From an uncultured Gammaproteobacteria bacterium (lineage in GTDB: Bacteria > Patescibacteriota > Microgenomatia > Levybacterales > UBA12049), in NCBI GenBank assembly GCA_964637955.1, contig CAZWXQ010000001.1:292849-356848 (forward strand): DNA of 64,000 nt. Reading direction: 5' to 3'. This document shows, in pieces, positions 1-9,420 of the stretch; position 1 is the first letter of the stretch; every line of letters begins with the position of its first letter. The notes beneath the pieces are model-generated. The model was not told the DNA's origin and did no database searches. It was given only the letters and a program-made list of their open reading frames with translations. Position numbers and translations under genes: made by a program.

Positions 1-26
1 TTGTTTTTGTTTATAATAATTATTCA

Positions 27-1007
27 TTAGGACTTTCTATTTTTAAGTAATTCTATTAACTCTAAAAATTCTATTTTACTTTTTGCAAGCTTTTTGGATT
101 CATCGTAATAATTATTGATTAAGTCATTTGCAAAATCTATTGCACCACTTTCATAAAAAATATTTCTTATTTTATCCTTATTTTTAATTTTTTTACCAAA
201 TACTTTTTTCAGTTCAATTTTTTGTGTTTTTGTTCCATTTTTAAAAACATAGTTTGAAATTAAAGTATGCTTTCCCTCTTCCATGTCACCAAGTGTTTTT
301 TTCTTTCCATTAAAATCAGAAATAATATCAAGCAAGTCATCTTGGATTTGAAAAGCGAGCCCTAGATTTTTTCCAAGATTTTGTAAAAGTTTTATATTGC
401 TGTTGCTATAATTATCGCTTAACAGAAGTCCAATTTGCATAGGTTTTATAAACGTGTACCCTGATGTTTTTAAAAGTGTTTTCTTAAAAATAATATCGTT
501 TGAAACTTTTTCTTTTTTATCCAAATTTATGTCAATTGCTTGTCCAAGAAAAACTTCAGAAGTCATCTCGGAAAATAAATTATATAAATCAACTGATTGA
601 TTTCTGTCCAATTTTAATCTTGATGCAATTTCCCAAGCCCATGAATAAAGATAGTCGCCAATCAGAATTGCTTGCGAATTTCCAAACTCTTGGTTTATGG
701 TATTGATTCCGTGTCTTGTAGATGAATTATCCATAATGTCATCATGCACAAGACAAAAATTATGAAACAGCTCAATGAAAACTAGAATCTCTAAAATTGT
801 TTTTCTTTCTTTACCGCCAAATGAGCAGTAGGTCAAATATGCAATAAATGGTCTTATTCTTTTTCCATCAGAAATAAATTTATCTAAATATAGAAAAGAA
901 TCTTTTAGAAATTTGAGTTCTTTATCATTTGAGATTTCTAGAATCTTATTATTAATGAAATTTGAAACAAGCGGATCGAATTCTTTTTTAAATTCTCTTA
1001 ATTCCAT
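27..1007 (-). CDS. trans-polyprenyl diphosphate synthase (FPP/GGPP synthase family)
   Basis: 326 aa ORF; both aspartate-rich motifs of E-polyprenyl synthases present (LVHDDIMDNSSTRHG = DDxxD; FQIQDDLLD). Tail-to-head with uppS. Confidence 0.75.
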   Translation of the reverse strand: MELREFKKEFDPLVSNFINNKILEISNDKELKFLKDSFLYLDKFISDGKRIRPFIAYLTYCSFGGKERKTILEILVFIELFHNFCLVHDDIMDNSSTRHGINTINQEFGNSQAILIGDYLYSWAWEIASRLKLDRNQSVDLYNLFSEMTSEVFLGQAIDINLDKKEKVSNDIIFKKTLLKTSGYTFIKPMQIGLLLSDNYSNSNIKLLQNLGKNLGLAFQIQDDLLDIISDFNGKKKTLGDMEEGKHTLISNYVFKNGTKTQKIELKKVFGKKIKNKDKIRNIFYESGAIDFANDLINNYYDESKKLAKSKIEFLELIELLKNRKS

Positions 1008-1789
1008 TATTTTCGTCCTCCAAAGCGTCTTTCTCTCTGAGAATAATCCACAATTGCATCTATAAAATCTTCTGATCTAGTTTCAGGAAGCATTTTATTT
1101 ATTGAATAAAATTCAGAGTTCTCAACTATCCAGCCAAGATCTGAAACTCTGTTTTCTCCAGACGTTCGAATAATAAGATCTGCTGGTGTAACAGCTCCTT
1201 CTCCATCTCTTAATTTCCTGAGTAATTCCATATCAATTTTAGTTTCCTTTGGTATTTTATGCACTTTTTGCATCATTCGAAGTTCTTGATCAGATCCAGA
1301 ATAATCAAGTGCGATACAAAATATTTTCGGACCATTATTTTTGGTTATTTCCTCTATACTTTCAATGGTATTTTTTAGAAAATTTGGAATTCTATCGCGG
1401 CGTCCAATGCAAATAAATCTCATATTTTTTTCTTCCAAATCTTTCAGCGCCTCTTTAATTCCTTTATCAAAAATTTTCATTAATGATTCAATTTCTTTTT
1501 CATCTCTTTTCCAGTTATTGGATGAAAATGCCCAAACCGTTAGAGTATTAATTGGTAAATCTTGAAATTTTTTGATAATTTTTTGAAGCACTTTAAAACC
1601 GTGACGATGACCAAAAGTGGGAACTCTTTGAAATCTCTTAGCCCATCTTCCGTTTCCATCCGGAATTATGAGAACGTGGTATGGGTATTTTTCTTCTGGA
1701 ATATTTTTAAGTTGTGGAAATTCTTCAAAAATACTTAAATTCTGCTTATTCATGAGGTTAATTATATGAAAATTGAGGCTGATAAGCAA
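1007..1789 (-). CDS. uppS: undecaprenyl diphosphate synthase (cis-prenyltransferase)
   Basis: 260 aa; HVLIIPDGNGRWAKR signature of UPP synthase family; expected length. Confidence 0.85.
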   Translation of the reverse strand: MLISLNFHIINLMNKQNLSIFEEFPQLKNIPEEKYPYHVLIIPDGNGRWAKRFQRVPTFGHRHGFKVLQKIIKKFQDLPINTLTVWAFSSNNWKRDEKEIESLMKIFDKGIKEALKDLEEKNMRFICIGRRDRIPNFLKNTIESIEEITKNNGPKIFCIALDYSGSDQELRMMQKVHKIPKETKIDMELLRKLRDGEGAVTPADLIIRTSGENRVSDLGWIVENSEFYSINKMLPETRSEDFIDAIVDYSQRERRFGGRK

Positions 1790-1815
1790 TTTTTATGATA
1801 AAATACAAAGCATAT

Positions 1816-1887
1816 CGGGGTGTAGTTTAGTGGTAGAATGCGCGGCTGGGGGCCGTGTGGTCCAAGTTCGATTCTCGGCACCCCGAC
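1816..1887 (+). tRNA. tRNA-Pro (anticodon GGG)
   Basis: 72 nt cloverleaf readable by hand: acceptor CGGGGTG/CACCCCG, anticodon stem CGCGG/CCGTG with loop CTGGGGG (U33, GGG, G37), T-loop TTCGATT (T-stem with one A:C mismatch), discriminator A, no encoded CCA. Confidence 0.75.
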
Positions 1888-1900
1888 TTATTATTTATCA

Positions 1901-2749
1901 ATGTCTATAGATCTTCAAAAAAATACAAAGCGTTATTTTAATTCAATCGAATCTAGATTGGGCTATGCTCTTCTTTTAAAAGGGCGAAAGCATTTTGGTT
2001 ACTACCCTAAAGGTAAAGAAGATATCTCCACACTTGAAGCACAAGAAAATATGGAGAATATTCTTGCCAAAAAGCTTTCTCTAAAAAGTAATTCTTATGT
2101 TTTAGATGCTGGATGCGGAGAAGGTAAAGTGGCAATTTATCTGGCTAAGAAATTTAATTTAAATATAACAGGAATTGATCTTCTAGATTGGGCTATTAAT
2201 AATGCTTGCAAAAATGCAGATAAAGAAAATATAGAAAAAGTAAATTTTAAAGTCATGGATTATACGGATTTGGATTTTGATGATAATTCATTTGACGGAC
2301 TTTACACCATGGAAACATTTGTTCATAGTCCTGATTATAAAAAAGGATTGAAAGAATTTAAGCGCGTATTAAAACCAAATGGTAAACTTGTTATGTTCGA
2401 GTATTCGATGAAGCCTCTAGATCAAATGGAAGATCGTGACAGAAAATTAGCTAAATCTATAATAGAAAATAGCGCTATGCATAGTATTCCATTTTTTACT
2501 CATGGTAGTTTTCCTAAGATTTTAAAGGACGCTGGTTTTAAAAACATTGAAGTAGTAAATTTGACTGAAAGAATAATGCCTTTAATGCATAAGTTTTATA
2601 AAGGAGGCAAAATACCTTATAAAATAATTAAGCTATTAAGATTACAAAAATACTTTGTAAATGCCGTTAGTGGAGTTGAAGGTTATGAAAGTATATATTT
2701 AAGAAAATCAGATCTGTGGAGATATAATTTAATAACAGCATCCAAGTAA
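1901..2749 (+). CDS. class I SAM-dependent methyltransferase
   Basis: Track ORF 1838-2749 overlaps the tRNA; internal ATG at 1901 (MSIDLQ...) avoids it. VLDAGCGEGK motif I, acidic motif II (D), length ~280 aa typical of small-molecule/rRNA MTases. Confidence 0.7.
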   Translation: MSIDLQKNTKRYFNSIESRLGYALLLKGRKHFGYYPKGKEDISTLEAQENMENILAKKLSLKSNSYVLDAGCGEGKVAIYLAKKFNLNITGIDLLDWAINNACKNADKENIEKVNFKVMDYTDLDFDDNSFDGLYTMETFVHSPDYKKGLKEFKRVLKPNGKLVMFEYSMKPLDQMEDRDRKLAKSIIENSAMHSIPFFTHGSFPKILKDAGFKNIEVVNLTERIMPLMHKFYKGGKIPYKIIKLLRLQKYFVNAVSGVEGYESIYLRKSDLWRYNLITASK

Positions 2750-2787
2750 TTATTAATTCCTTGAAAATAGGATTAGGCATGTTTGTT

Positions 2788-2816
2788 CCAGGTTCTATTC
2801 CCGGTACCCCCGACCA
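2788..2816 (+). other. tRNA 3'-end-like fragment (T-arm + acceptor 3' strand + CCA), no 5' half
   Basis: CCAGG-TTCTATT-CCCGG-TACCCCCG-A-CCA. Same T-arm architecture, including the A:C mismatch, and same acceptor 3' strand as tRNA-Pro at 1816-1887, with a compensatory change. No matching 5' acceptor strand upstream. Confidence 0.4.
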
Positions 2817-2859
2817 AATTTAAATAATCGTAATTTCGATTATTTAAATAATTATTAAG

Positions 2860-3888
2860 TTAAGAAGATCTTTTCATTTTCTCGGGAATTAATCTAGAAG
2901 GAGTAACATTTTCCACCCAAATAACTCCATCATATTTATTTGGTAAATCAACTGTTTGAGAATATATTTTTACATCTTGAGGATCAAAAACTGAGCCAAC
3001 TTCAAAAACCGTTTGTGTACCAATATTCCATGATTCAAATAACGGGTTTATTTTTATTCCCCGTAAATCAGTGATAGAAAGTGGTTTTCCTGCTTCTTTA
3101 AAAAGTCTTGCATAAGAATTTTCTTGAGGTTCGGGAAGAGAAAATGTTTCAATATCGCCTGATGTTTCTGCTTTAAAATCTCCTTTTCTTGCAAGGAAGC
3201 TACCACTACCAAAAATCGTAGCAAAGTTTATGTAATTTTCCCCTAACCTTTCTTTAAGATGCGCTCCGGTTGTTTTAAAACCTGGAATATTTAGATTTGC
3301 GATATGGGTATTATGTCCCCAAAATACGAGTTTAGTCTCATCGCCCTTTTCCTCTAAAAATTTAATGCAGTTTTGAGCCATTGCTTCGTCGCGTAGATTG
3401 CTACTTTCTCTTTTTTTATCACCCACAGGTACATCACAACCAAAAAAACTAATTTGATTATCGGGATTTTCGTGATTGTATCTTTTCATCCACAAAATCA
3501 TTTCTAAAACTTCCAGGTTTCTCGTTATCCAGTAGCCAAGATTCTCCAATAGTTCTTCCGGATCTTCTTCCTGGTTATGCACGAAGTCATTTATTTTTTT
3601 TGCTGGTTCTTCCGGTACTTCCATAATTAATCCATTAAAATCTGCCTCTGTTACTAAAAAACGGAAAAGTTTATCTTTCATTTGCGAGAATTCACGGTTG
3701 CCATGAGTTGCTTCCCCTAACCCCACAATTCTTGCTCCTGACACAATTTCTTTAAAAGGATGAAGTTCAGCGGTAATCTCTTCGGGATTTGGTGAAGCTA
3801 TTGGTATTGAATTTTTGGAAAGCCAATTAACTGCTTCGTTTATTTCTGAAGTATTCTCCCGGCTGTCTGTAATTGTGGTTTCATCCAT
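2860..3888 (-). CDS. erythromycin esterase (Ere) family hydrolase homolog
   Basis: 342 aa; VGLGEATHGNREF and VFWGHNTHIA motifs parallel the LGENSHF / HNAHI motifs of Ere-family proteins. Function beyond the family is not inferable. Confidence 0.55.
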   Translation of the reverse strand: MDETTITDSRENTSEINEAVNWLSKNSIPIASPNPEEITAELHPFKEIVSGARIVGLGEATHGNREFSQMKDKLFRFLVTEADFNGLIMEVPEEPAKKINDFVHNQEEDPEELLENLGYWITRNLEVLEMILWMKRYNHENPDNQISFFGCDVPVGDKKRESSNLRDEAMAQNCIKFLEEKGDETKLVFWGHNTHIANLNIPGFKTTGAHLKERLGENYINFATIFGSGSFLARKGDFKAETSGDIETFSLPEPQENSYARLFKEAGKPLSITDLRGIKINPLFESWNIGTQTVFEVGSVFDPQDVKIYSQTVDLPNKYDGVIWVENVTPSRLIPEKMKRSS

Positions 3889-3953
3889 ATAATATTAATA
3901 ATATCAAAATCGGTTCTTGTATTTTTCGTAAATAAGTTTTATTATATTTCGGA

Positions 3954-5045
3954 ATGGCCAAGTCAACAAAAACCTCAGTACCCTCAGGTGAGCAAGTAGA
4001 GCAATCCGCTAAATTAGATGCAGTTCGAATGGCTATGGAGCAAATCGAAAAGCAGTATGGTCGAGGATCTATCATGCGTATGGGCGAAAGTTCTCAAAAG
4101 TTTGACATTCAAGTTATTTCAACAGGGATACTTCCTGTAGATATCGCTCTTGGAGTTGGAGGTTTACCTCGAGGCAGAATTATTGAGATTTATGGGCCCG
4201 AAGCATCAGGAAAAACTACTCTCGCTTTATCTCTTATTGCTGAAGCTCAGAAAACAGGTGGAGTGGCAGCCTTTATAGACGCTGAGCATGCGCTTGATCC
4301 TATTTGGGCTCAAACTGTAGGAGTAAAACTTGATGAACTCCTTATTTCACAACCTGATACAGGAGAGCAAGCGCTTGAGATCGCTGAGAGTTTGATTCGT
4401 TCAGGTGGAGTAGACGTTTTGGTAATTGATTCCGTTGCAGCACTTGTGCCAAGAGCTGAAATTGAAGGAGAAATGGGAGATTCTATGATGGGTCTTCATG
4501 CAAGACTTATGTCTCAGGCTCTAAGAAAACTAACCGGTGTAATTTCCAAAAGTAAAACTGTAGTTATTTTTACGAATCAGTTAAGACAAAAAATCGGAGT
4601 AATGTTTGGAAATCCTGAAACCACTACAGGAGGATTGGCTCTTAAGTTTTATGCATCAGTTAGGCTCGATTCTAGAAAAATAGAAACATTAAAAGAAGGA
4701 GATAAGGTAATTGGGTCAAGGCATAGGATAAAGATAGTTAAGAATAAAGTATCCTCGCCTTTTAGAATTGCAGAGTATGATGTTACGCAGGATGGGATTT
4801 CTAAAACTGGTGCAATTGTAGACGTGGGAGTAGAGATGGGAATAATAAGTAAATCTGGAGCATTTTACAGATATGGTGAAGAAATGCTGGGACAGGGAAA
4901 AGAAGCCACAAAAGAATACCTTAAAGAAAATGAACAGCTTGCAAATAAGATAACTGAAGAGATAATGAAAAAGAATAAATCAGGCGGAACTCCAGTTGAA
5001 GTTGGAGTAGAGGAAGACGAGGACGAAGAAGAAATAGATCAATAA
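3954..5045 (+). CDS. recA: recombinase RecA
   Basis: 363 aa; canonical RecA sequence incl. Walker [13 protein letters not shown] and acidic C-terminal tail. Confidence 0.97.
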   Translation: MAKSTKTSVPSGEQVEQSAKLDAVRMAMEQIEKQYGRGSIMRMGESSQKFDIQVISTGILPVDIALGVGGLPRGRIIEIYGPEASGKTTLALSLIAEAQKTGGVAAFIDAEHALDPIWAQTVGVKLDELLISQPDTGEQALEIAESLIRSGGVDVLVIDSVAALVPRAEIEGEMGDSMMGLHARLMSQALRKLTGVISKSKTVVIFTNQLRQKIGVMFGNPETTTGGLALKFYASVRLDSRKIETLKEGDKVIGSRHRIKIVKNKVSSPFRIAEYDVTQDGISKTGAIVDVGVEMGIISKSGAFYRYGEEMLGQGKEATKEYLKENEQLANKITEEIMKKNKSGGTPVEVGVEEDEDEEEIDQ

Positions 5046-5104
5046 TCCCCATGGCTCCGTTAGTGCCCAGTATTAAATATTTAGTCAAATGTTAAAATGT
5101 ATCT

Positions 5105-5614
5105 ATGGTAGATTTGTCGCAATCTGATTCAAGCGGGATGCAAGCAAAAGCATCGGAAATATTCGAAAGATATTATAATCTAAGTCTGCGTTATTTGTCT
5201 TACAGGCCAAGAAGTGAAAAGGAAGTTTTCGATTATCTCCGAGAAAAACAAAAAAAATCCCCATCACTTAGTGATGAAATAATAAATCAAATAATCGAAA
5301 AACTTAAAGATTATAAATTTATTGATGATGTAAAATTTACACAACTTTGGATTGAACAGAGGACAAGATATAAAAATCAACCAACCAGAGCTATTGAATA
5401 TGAGTTAAAGCAAAAAGGTGTCAGTCAAAGTTTGATAAAAGAAAGTCTTGGAGAGGGTAGAAAAGAAACAGATTTGGAGAGTGCAAAAAAACTTGCCGTA
5501 AAGAAAATGGATTTTTATAGAGGTTTGGATCCCGATAAAAGACGAGAGAAAGTTATGAATTATTTACTTCGAAAAGGATTTAATTACGATATTGTCAGAA
5601 AAGTGGTCAATTAA
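5105..5614 (+). CDS. recX: recombination regulator RecX
   Basis: 169 aa; immediately downstream of recA; three-helix repeat composition with conserved Y/L/K pattern typical of RecX. Confidence 0.7.
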   Translation: MVDLSQSDSSGMQAKASEIFERYYNLSLRYLSYRPRSEKEVFDYLREKQKKSPSLSDEIINQIIEKLKDYKFIDDVKFTQLWIEQRTRYKNQPTRAIEYELKQKGVSQSLIKESLGEGRKETDLESAKKLAVKKMDFYRGLDPDKRREKVMNYLLRKGFNYDIVRKVVN

Positions 5615-5628
5615 GATATACTTTACTC

Positions 5629-7761
5629 ATGTCAGATATTCCTAGACCGGAGCCAATAACTCCATTATATGTAGAGCAAGGGCCCAGCCCGATTATACTA
5701 ACTGATTCCCAGAAGCAAGCTGTCAGAGACATAACTCTTGGGATAGCTCAAGTAGATGAAAGAGTAAGGATAGCAGCACAAGAAGATGTTATAGCAACTC
5801 TTCAGAACGGAAATCCTCTCAATAGACTTTTTCAAGATGAAAACGGAAAAGTAAAAGGGTATATGGCGTGTCAGGATTTTGGTGAAGGACAGGCATATCT
5901 TAAGTATTTTGGTACGCTGACAGGATCTACAGACAGAAATCTTTTACGTAAAATCTCAGCTTTTTTAGATTTTGCCAGAGAAAGTGGTTATAAAAGATTA
6001 AGTTTTCATGGCTGGAATGATCGGCTTAATCAAGTTATGGTGAGGCGATTTGGATTTAATCGTATTCGGAGAGATACATATGGTGACTTGGGTGCTGATT
6101 TTTTTGAAGTAGATTTAACTAATAATACTCCCTCCGAACCCGGAGCCAAAACTAGTCGGCCAGAAATAACAGAAGAAATAAAAGAGGCTTTTAAAAAGAA
6201 GCAATTAGCGAGACTTTCAGAAGAATATCAGGCAACTGTAGATAAATTTCCAAAAGACGAGAGAGTCGATAGAGAAAGTTTTCTATCCCAGGCCTATTCC
6301 ACTTTAAGTACTCGTTTATCTACGCAGGAAGGTTTTACTTTTGGCGAACTTCAACAAGCGATACTTAGATTAAAGTTGGCAAGACATTTTCAGCAGAATG
6401 ATACTTTAGATCTCAACAGTCTATTTGATGCAATAATAGAATCTCCTGGCTTTATGAAATCCGATAGGGGTTCGCTCCACCGCCTTTTGGAAGTACATGA
6501 AATTAAAACTCTAGAAAAAATCGCAGAAATACGAAAAAGAAGAGCAGAGATAAAAGGAGATGAGGTAAATCCATTTGAAGCACTCTTAACTGCAAAATCT
6601 GAAAAATATTATCTGGCTAGACTTCTCAATATGCCTCATTTAGAAAAAGAGTCAGAGTACATGGCAAATTGCGTGGGAACTAGTGATTCATATGCTAATC
6701 GGATAAAAAATGGAGATATTGAAATACTTTCTTTTCGTCGTGTTCCGCAGTTTAATCCAAGAACAGGTAGATGGGAGGGAGACGAGCCTGTAATTACTAT
6801 TGAATATGATCTTAGAGCTGGGAAAATAGAACAAATAAAAAAGAAAGGAGATGAATATCTTTCTCCAGAAGATTCTTTTGTAGAAGATTTATTTGATGTA
6901 CTAAAAAGACTAAAAGATACACACACTGACAACGGAAAACCTAGAATCGTACGAAATATAAATGAGAGTGAGCTTACGAACTTTGACGTAAAAGATGGAT
7001 ATCTTCTTACCGACAGGGGAGAGGTGCATTTTAGAGATGTTGATCCAGAAGATGCTCCATTTGTTCTAAAGTTTGGAAGAATTGACATAGATTCTGATTT
7101 TTCTAGACAAGACAGCGCTAATTTGATTCGAATTTCTGAGGGAATCGTTTTTTCTCCTGACGAAATAGCTAGGTATCCTAGTGAAATAAATGAATATACT
7201 AAAGCATATGTTGGAAAACTAGATGGAATCTTTGACAAAATACGAAAATTCAACATAGAACACGTTTATACCTCTTTTCCTGAAGGAAGAATAAGATTTG
7301 ATACAGTAACGATTGGCGGAAAATCTAATGAGGAGCTGCAAAGAGAAATGAAAGACTCTGGAATAAATATTTCAGAATATGTAGCTTCAATGATGAAAAA
7401 TCCTGATTTTACTACACTTTCTGAACCTCGAGAAACTAATCTTGTAAGATTAAAAGTCGGTGAATTAGGCTTGCCTGATGACTATCCCACAACAGAGCAG
7501 ATATTTAAAAGAGCAGAAGAACTTGGCTTAGAACTTTGCCCCCCGGATCTTGGGCCTAATTACAGACTTGCCTATAAAGATCAACCGATGAATGGGTTTT
7601 CTATTGGAATGAAGCCAATCACCGACTCGGGCGGCGTTCCCTGGGTCTTCCATTTGGAGCACACTGCTGATGGGTTGTGGTTGCTCTGCAACTTCGCCGA
7701 TCCTGGCAACAGGTGGAATCCGAGGAGTGGGTTTGTTTTCAGTCTACCTAAATCGAGTTGA
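5629..7761 (+). CDS. large hypothetical protein (710 aa), possible N-terminal acyl-CoA N-acyltransferase-like fold
   Basis: Long uninterrupted ORF 15 bp downstream of recX, same strand; no recognisable catalytic motifs; soluble. Confidence 0.6.
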   Translation: MSDIPRPEPITPLYVEQGPSPIILTDSQKQAVRDITLGIAQVDERVRIAAQEDVIATLQNGNPLNRLFQDENGKVKGYMACQDFGEGQAYLKYFGTLTGSTDRNLLRKISAFLDFARESGYKRLSFHGWNDRLNQVMVRRFGFNRIRRDTYGDLGADFFEVDLTNNTPSEPGAKTSRPEITEEIKEAFKKKQLARLSEEYQATVDKFPKDERVDRESFLSQAYSTLSTRLSTQEGFTFGELQQAILRLKLARHFQQNDTLDLNSLFDAIIESPGFMKSDRGSLHRLLEVHEIKTLEKIAEIRKRRAEIKGDEVNPFEALLTAKSEKYYLARLLNMPHLEKESEYMANCVGTSDSYANRIKNGDIEILSFRRVPQFNPRTGRWEGDEPVITIEYDLRAGKIEQIKKKGDEYLSPEDSFVEDLFDVLKRLKDTHTDNGKPRIVRNINESELTNFDVKDGYLLTDRGEVHFRDVDPEDAPFVLKFGRIDIDSDFSRQDSANLIRISEGIVFSPDEIARYPSEINEYTKAYVGKLDGIFDKIRKFNIEHVYTSFPEGRIRFDTVTIGGKSNEELQREMKDSGINISEYVASMMKNPDFTTLSEPRETNLVRLKVGELGLPDDYPTTEQIFKRAEELGLELCPPDLGPNYRLAYKDQPMNGFSIGMKPITDSGGVPWVFHLEHTADGLWLLCNFADPGNRWNPRSGFVFSLPKSS

Positions 7762-7897
7762 GTTTTTAAGCCAATAGTATTATAATTATGCTAGACAATT
7801 GAAGTTGTCAGTGAAGGTTATGAAATTAAATTTATACCTCAGCTTGATTAGAGAATAAGTCTCCCCGCATTGCGAGGCTTCTTTTGTTTTATAAATT

Positions 7898-9157
7898 ATG
7901 GCATCTGATTCAGATTTAATATCATTAGAAAAAAAACTTATCGAAAGACAGGAAAAGTTAGAGCACGATCGTGAAGATTTGGAAAGCGATAAGAAAAAAC
8001 TTACAGCAAAACTGGATGAATATTCAGAAAAACTTCAAAAAGTTTCAGGTCTTACTGCTGACGAAGCAAAATCAGAACTACTTAGAGTAGTTGAAGAAAG
8101 AGAAGCGCAAACCCTTGCTAAGATAATCCGCGAGCGAGAAGAAGAGGCAAAAAGAACTGCAGACAAGAGATCTCAAGAAATCGTAGTGGAGGCTATGAGG
8201 CATGGTGCAGTTAGCTACATTCCTGAATACACAGTTTCAATTGTAAGAATTCCAGACGAGGAAATAAAGGGAAGAATAATTGGAAAAGAAGGCAGAAACA
8301 TCAGAGCATTTGAGCAGGCAACAGGAGTCGATGTGGACCTAGATGAAGAAGGAATCATAAGGTTATCATCATTTGATCAGGTAAGGCGTGAAATTGCGCG
8401 TCGTTCGCTTGAGAAGCTAATTACAGATACTAGAGTTCAGCCATTCAGAATAGAAGAGATAGTTGAAGAGACAAAAAAAGAAGTAGAGCGAATAATGTTC
8501 CAAGAAGGAGAAAAGCTGGCTCATGAAGCAGGCGTTTTCAATCTTCCTGCAGAACTTATTGGAATTCTAGGTCGATCAAAATTCAGAACTTCATATGGTC
8601 AGAATTTGACTCTTCATTTGCTTGAGACCTCTAAGATTGGTATTCATTTAGCTGAGGAAGTGGGAGCTGATGTAAATGTGGTTAGAATTGCAGCGCTTGT
8701 TCATGACATTGGAAAAGTAGTTCCAGGAGATGGAAGTCACGTAAAGCTCGGAGTGGATCTTCTTAAAAAATATAATATACCTCAACCAATTATTGACTGC
8801 GTAGCTCAGCATCATGAAGATCTTCCATTTACTTCAGTTGAATCAGTTATCGTACACGTTGCTGATGCTATTTCTGCTGCGCGTCCTGGAGCAAGGTATG
8901 AAGATGTAGAAGAGTATGGCGTAAGGCTAAGTGAAATGGAAGACATTGCGAAGAAGTATGATGGCGTAGAAGACGCATATGCATTTGAAGCAGGACGTGA
9001 GCTTCGCGTGATTATTGATCCAGGTAAACTTGATGATAATGCTACTACATTACTTGCAGATAAAATCCGAGAAGAGGTAAGCAAATCTCTTGCAATTCCA
9101 GGTGAAGTAAAAGTAACCGCAATCCGTGAATTCCGCGCAGTCTCAGGAAACGAGTAA
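7898..9157 (+). CDS. rny: ribonuclease Y (KH + HD domains), lacking the usual N-terminal TM anchor
   Basis: N-terminal coiled coil, KH motif GRIIGKEGRNIRAFE, HD motif IAALVHDIGK; 419 aa (about 100 aa shorter than Bacillus RNase Y). Confidence 0.85.
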   Translation: MASDSDLISLEKKLIERQEKLEHDREDLESDKKKLTAKLDEYSEKLQKVSGLTADEAKSELLRVVEEREAQTLAKIIREREEEAKRTADKRSQEIVVEAMRHGAVSYIPEYTVSIVRIPDEEIKGRIIGKEGRNIRAFEQATGVDVDLDEEGIIRLSSFDQVRREIARRSLEKLITDTRVQPFRIEEIVEETKKEVERIMFQEGEKLAHEAGVFNLPAELIGILGRSKFRTSYGQNLTLHLLETSKIGIHLAEEVGADVNVVRIAALVHDIGKVVPGDGSHVKLGVDLLKKYNIPQPIIDCVAQHHEDLPFTSVESVIVHVADAISAARPGARYEDVEEYGVRLSEMEDIAKKYDGVEDAYAFEAGRELRVIIDPGKLDDNATTLLADKIREEVSKSLAIPGEVKVTAIREFRAVSGNE

Positions 9158-9211
9158 ACTTCATTTCTTGTCTCGTTTGTAGGAATATAGACAATTGAAC
9201 ACTTTCAATCT

Positions 9212-9334
9212 ACTTGCCCCGCTCAATACTTTAGCGGGATTGCAGATTTATTATAAATGAACATATTTTTTGGACTTGCCCCGCTCAAATTTAGCGGGAC
9301 TTCGTACTATCGAACAAATTAGTGGGACTTGACA
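9212..9334. promoter_or_regulatory. two 27-29 bp near-palindromic repeats plus a third half-site overlapping the hup -35
   Basis: ACTTGCCCCGCTCAATACTTTAGCGGGAT (9212-9240) and ACTTGCCCCGCTCAAATTTAGCGGGAC (9274-9300), each CCCGCT-N9-AGCGGG. Half-site TTAGTGGGACTT at 9319-9332 abuts TTGACA. Confidence 0.4.
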
Positions 9335-9358
9335 GAGTCTTCGTTAACGCTGTATTGT
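9329..9358 (+). promoter_or_regulatory. sigma70-like promoter for hup (TTGACA-18-TATTGT)
   Basis: TTGACA 9329-9334 and TATTGT 9353-9358; about 60 nt upstream of the HU start with RBS AGGAAGAGGTGA. Confidence 0.4.
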
Positions 9359-9420
9359 TAAGATAATCAAATGACTGCTGGCTTAATTAATTTAAGCTAA
9401 TTAGGAAGAGGTGATTTATT

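Noticed and set aside
500-706. Short antisense ORFs inside the long CDSs (e.g. 500-706, 1341-1565, 6636-7256, 8812-9084, 13327-13593, 17733-18812, 20446-20905, 21246-21663, 33074-33295, 43714-43938)
   Set aside because: All lie entirely within, and antisense or out of frame to, well-supported conserved genes; low-complexity composition; no RBS; typical AT-rich shadow ORFs.
1838-1900. Upstream extension of the methyltransferase ORF starting at 1838
   Set aside because: Would be translated through the tRNA-Pro gene (MRGWGPCGPSSILGTP...); internal ATG at 1901 gives a normal MTase N-terminus.
2761-2816. Possibility of a second complete tRNA gene at 2745-2816
   Set aside because: No 5' acceptor strand (CGGGGGTA) or D/anticodon arms upstream; only the T-arm/acceptor 3' half is recognisable, so kept as fragment.
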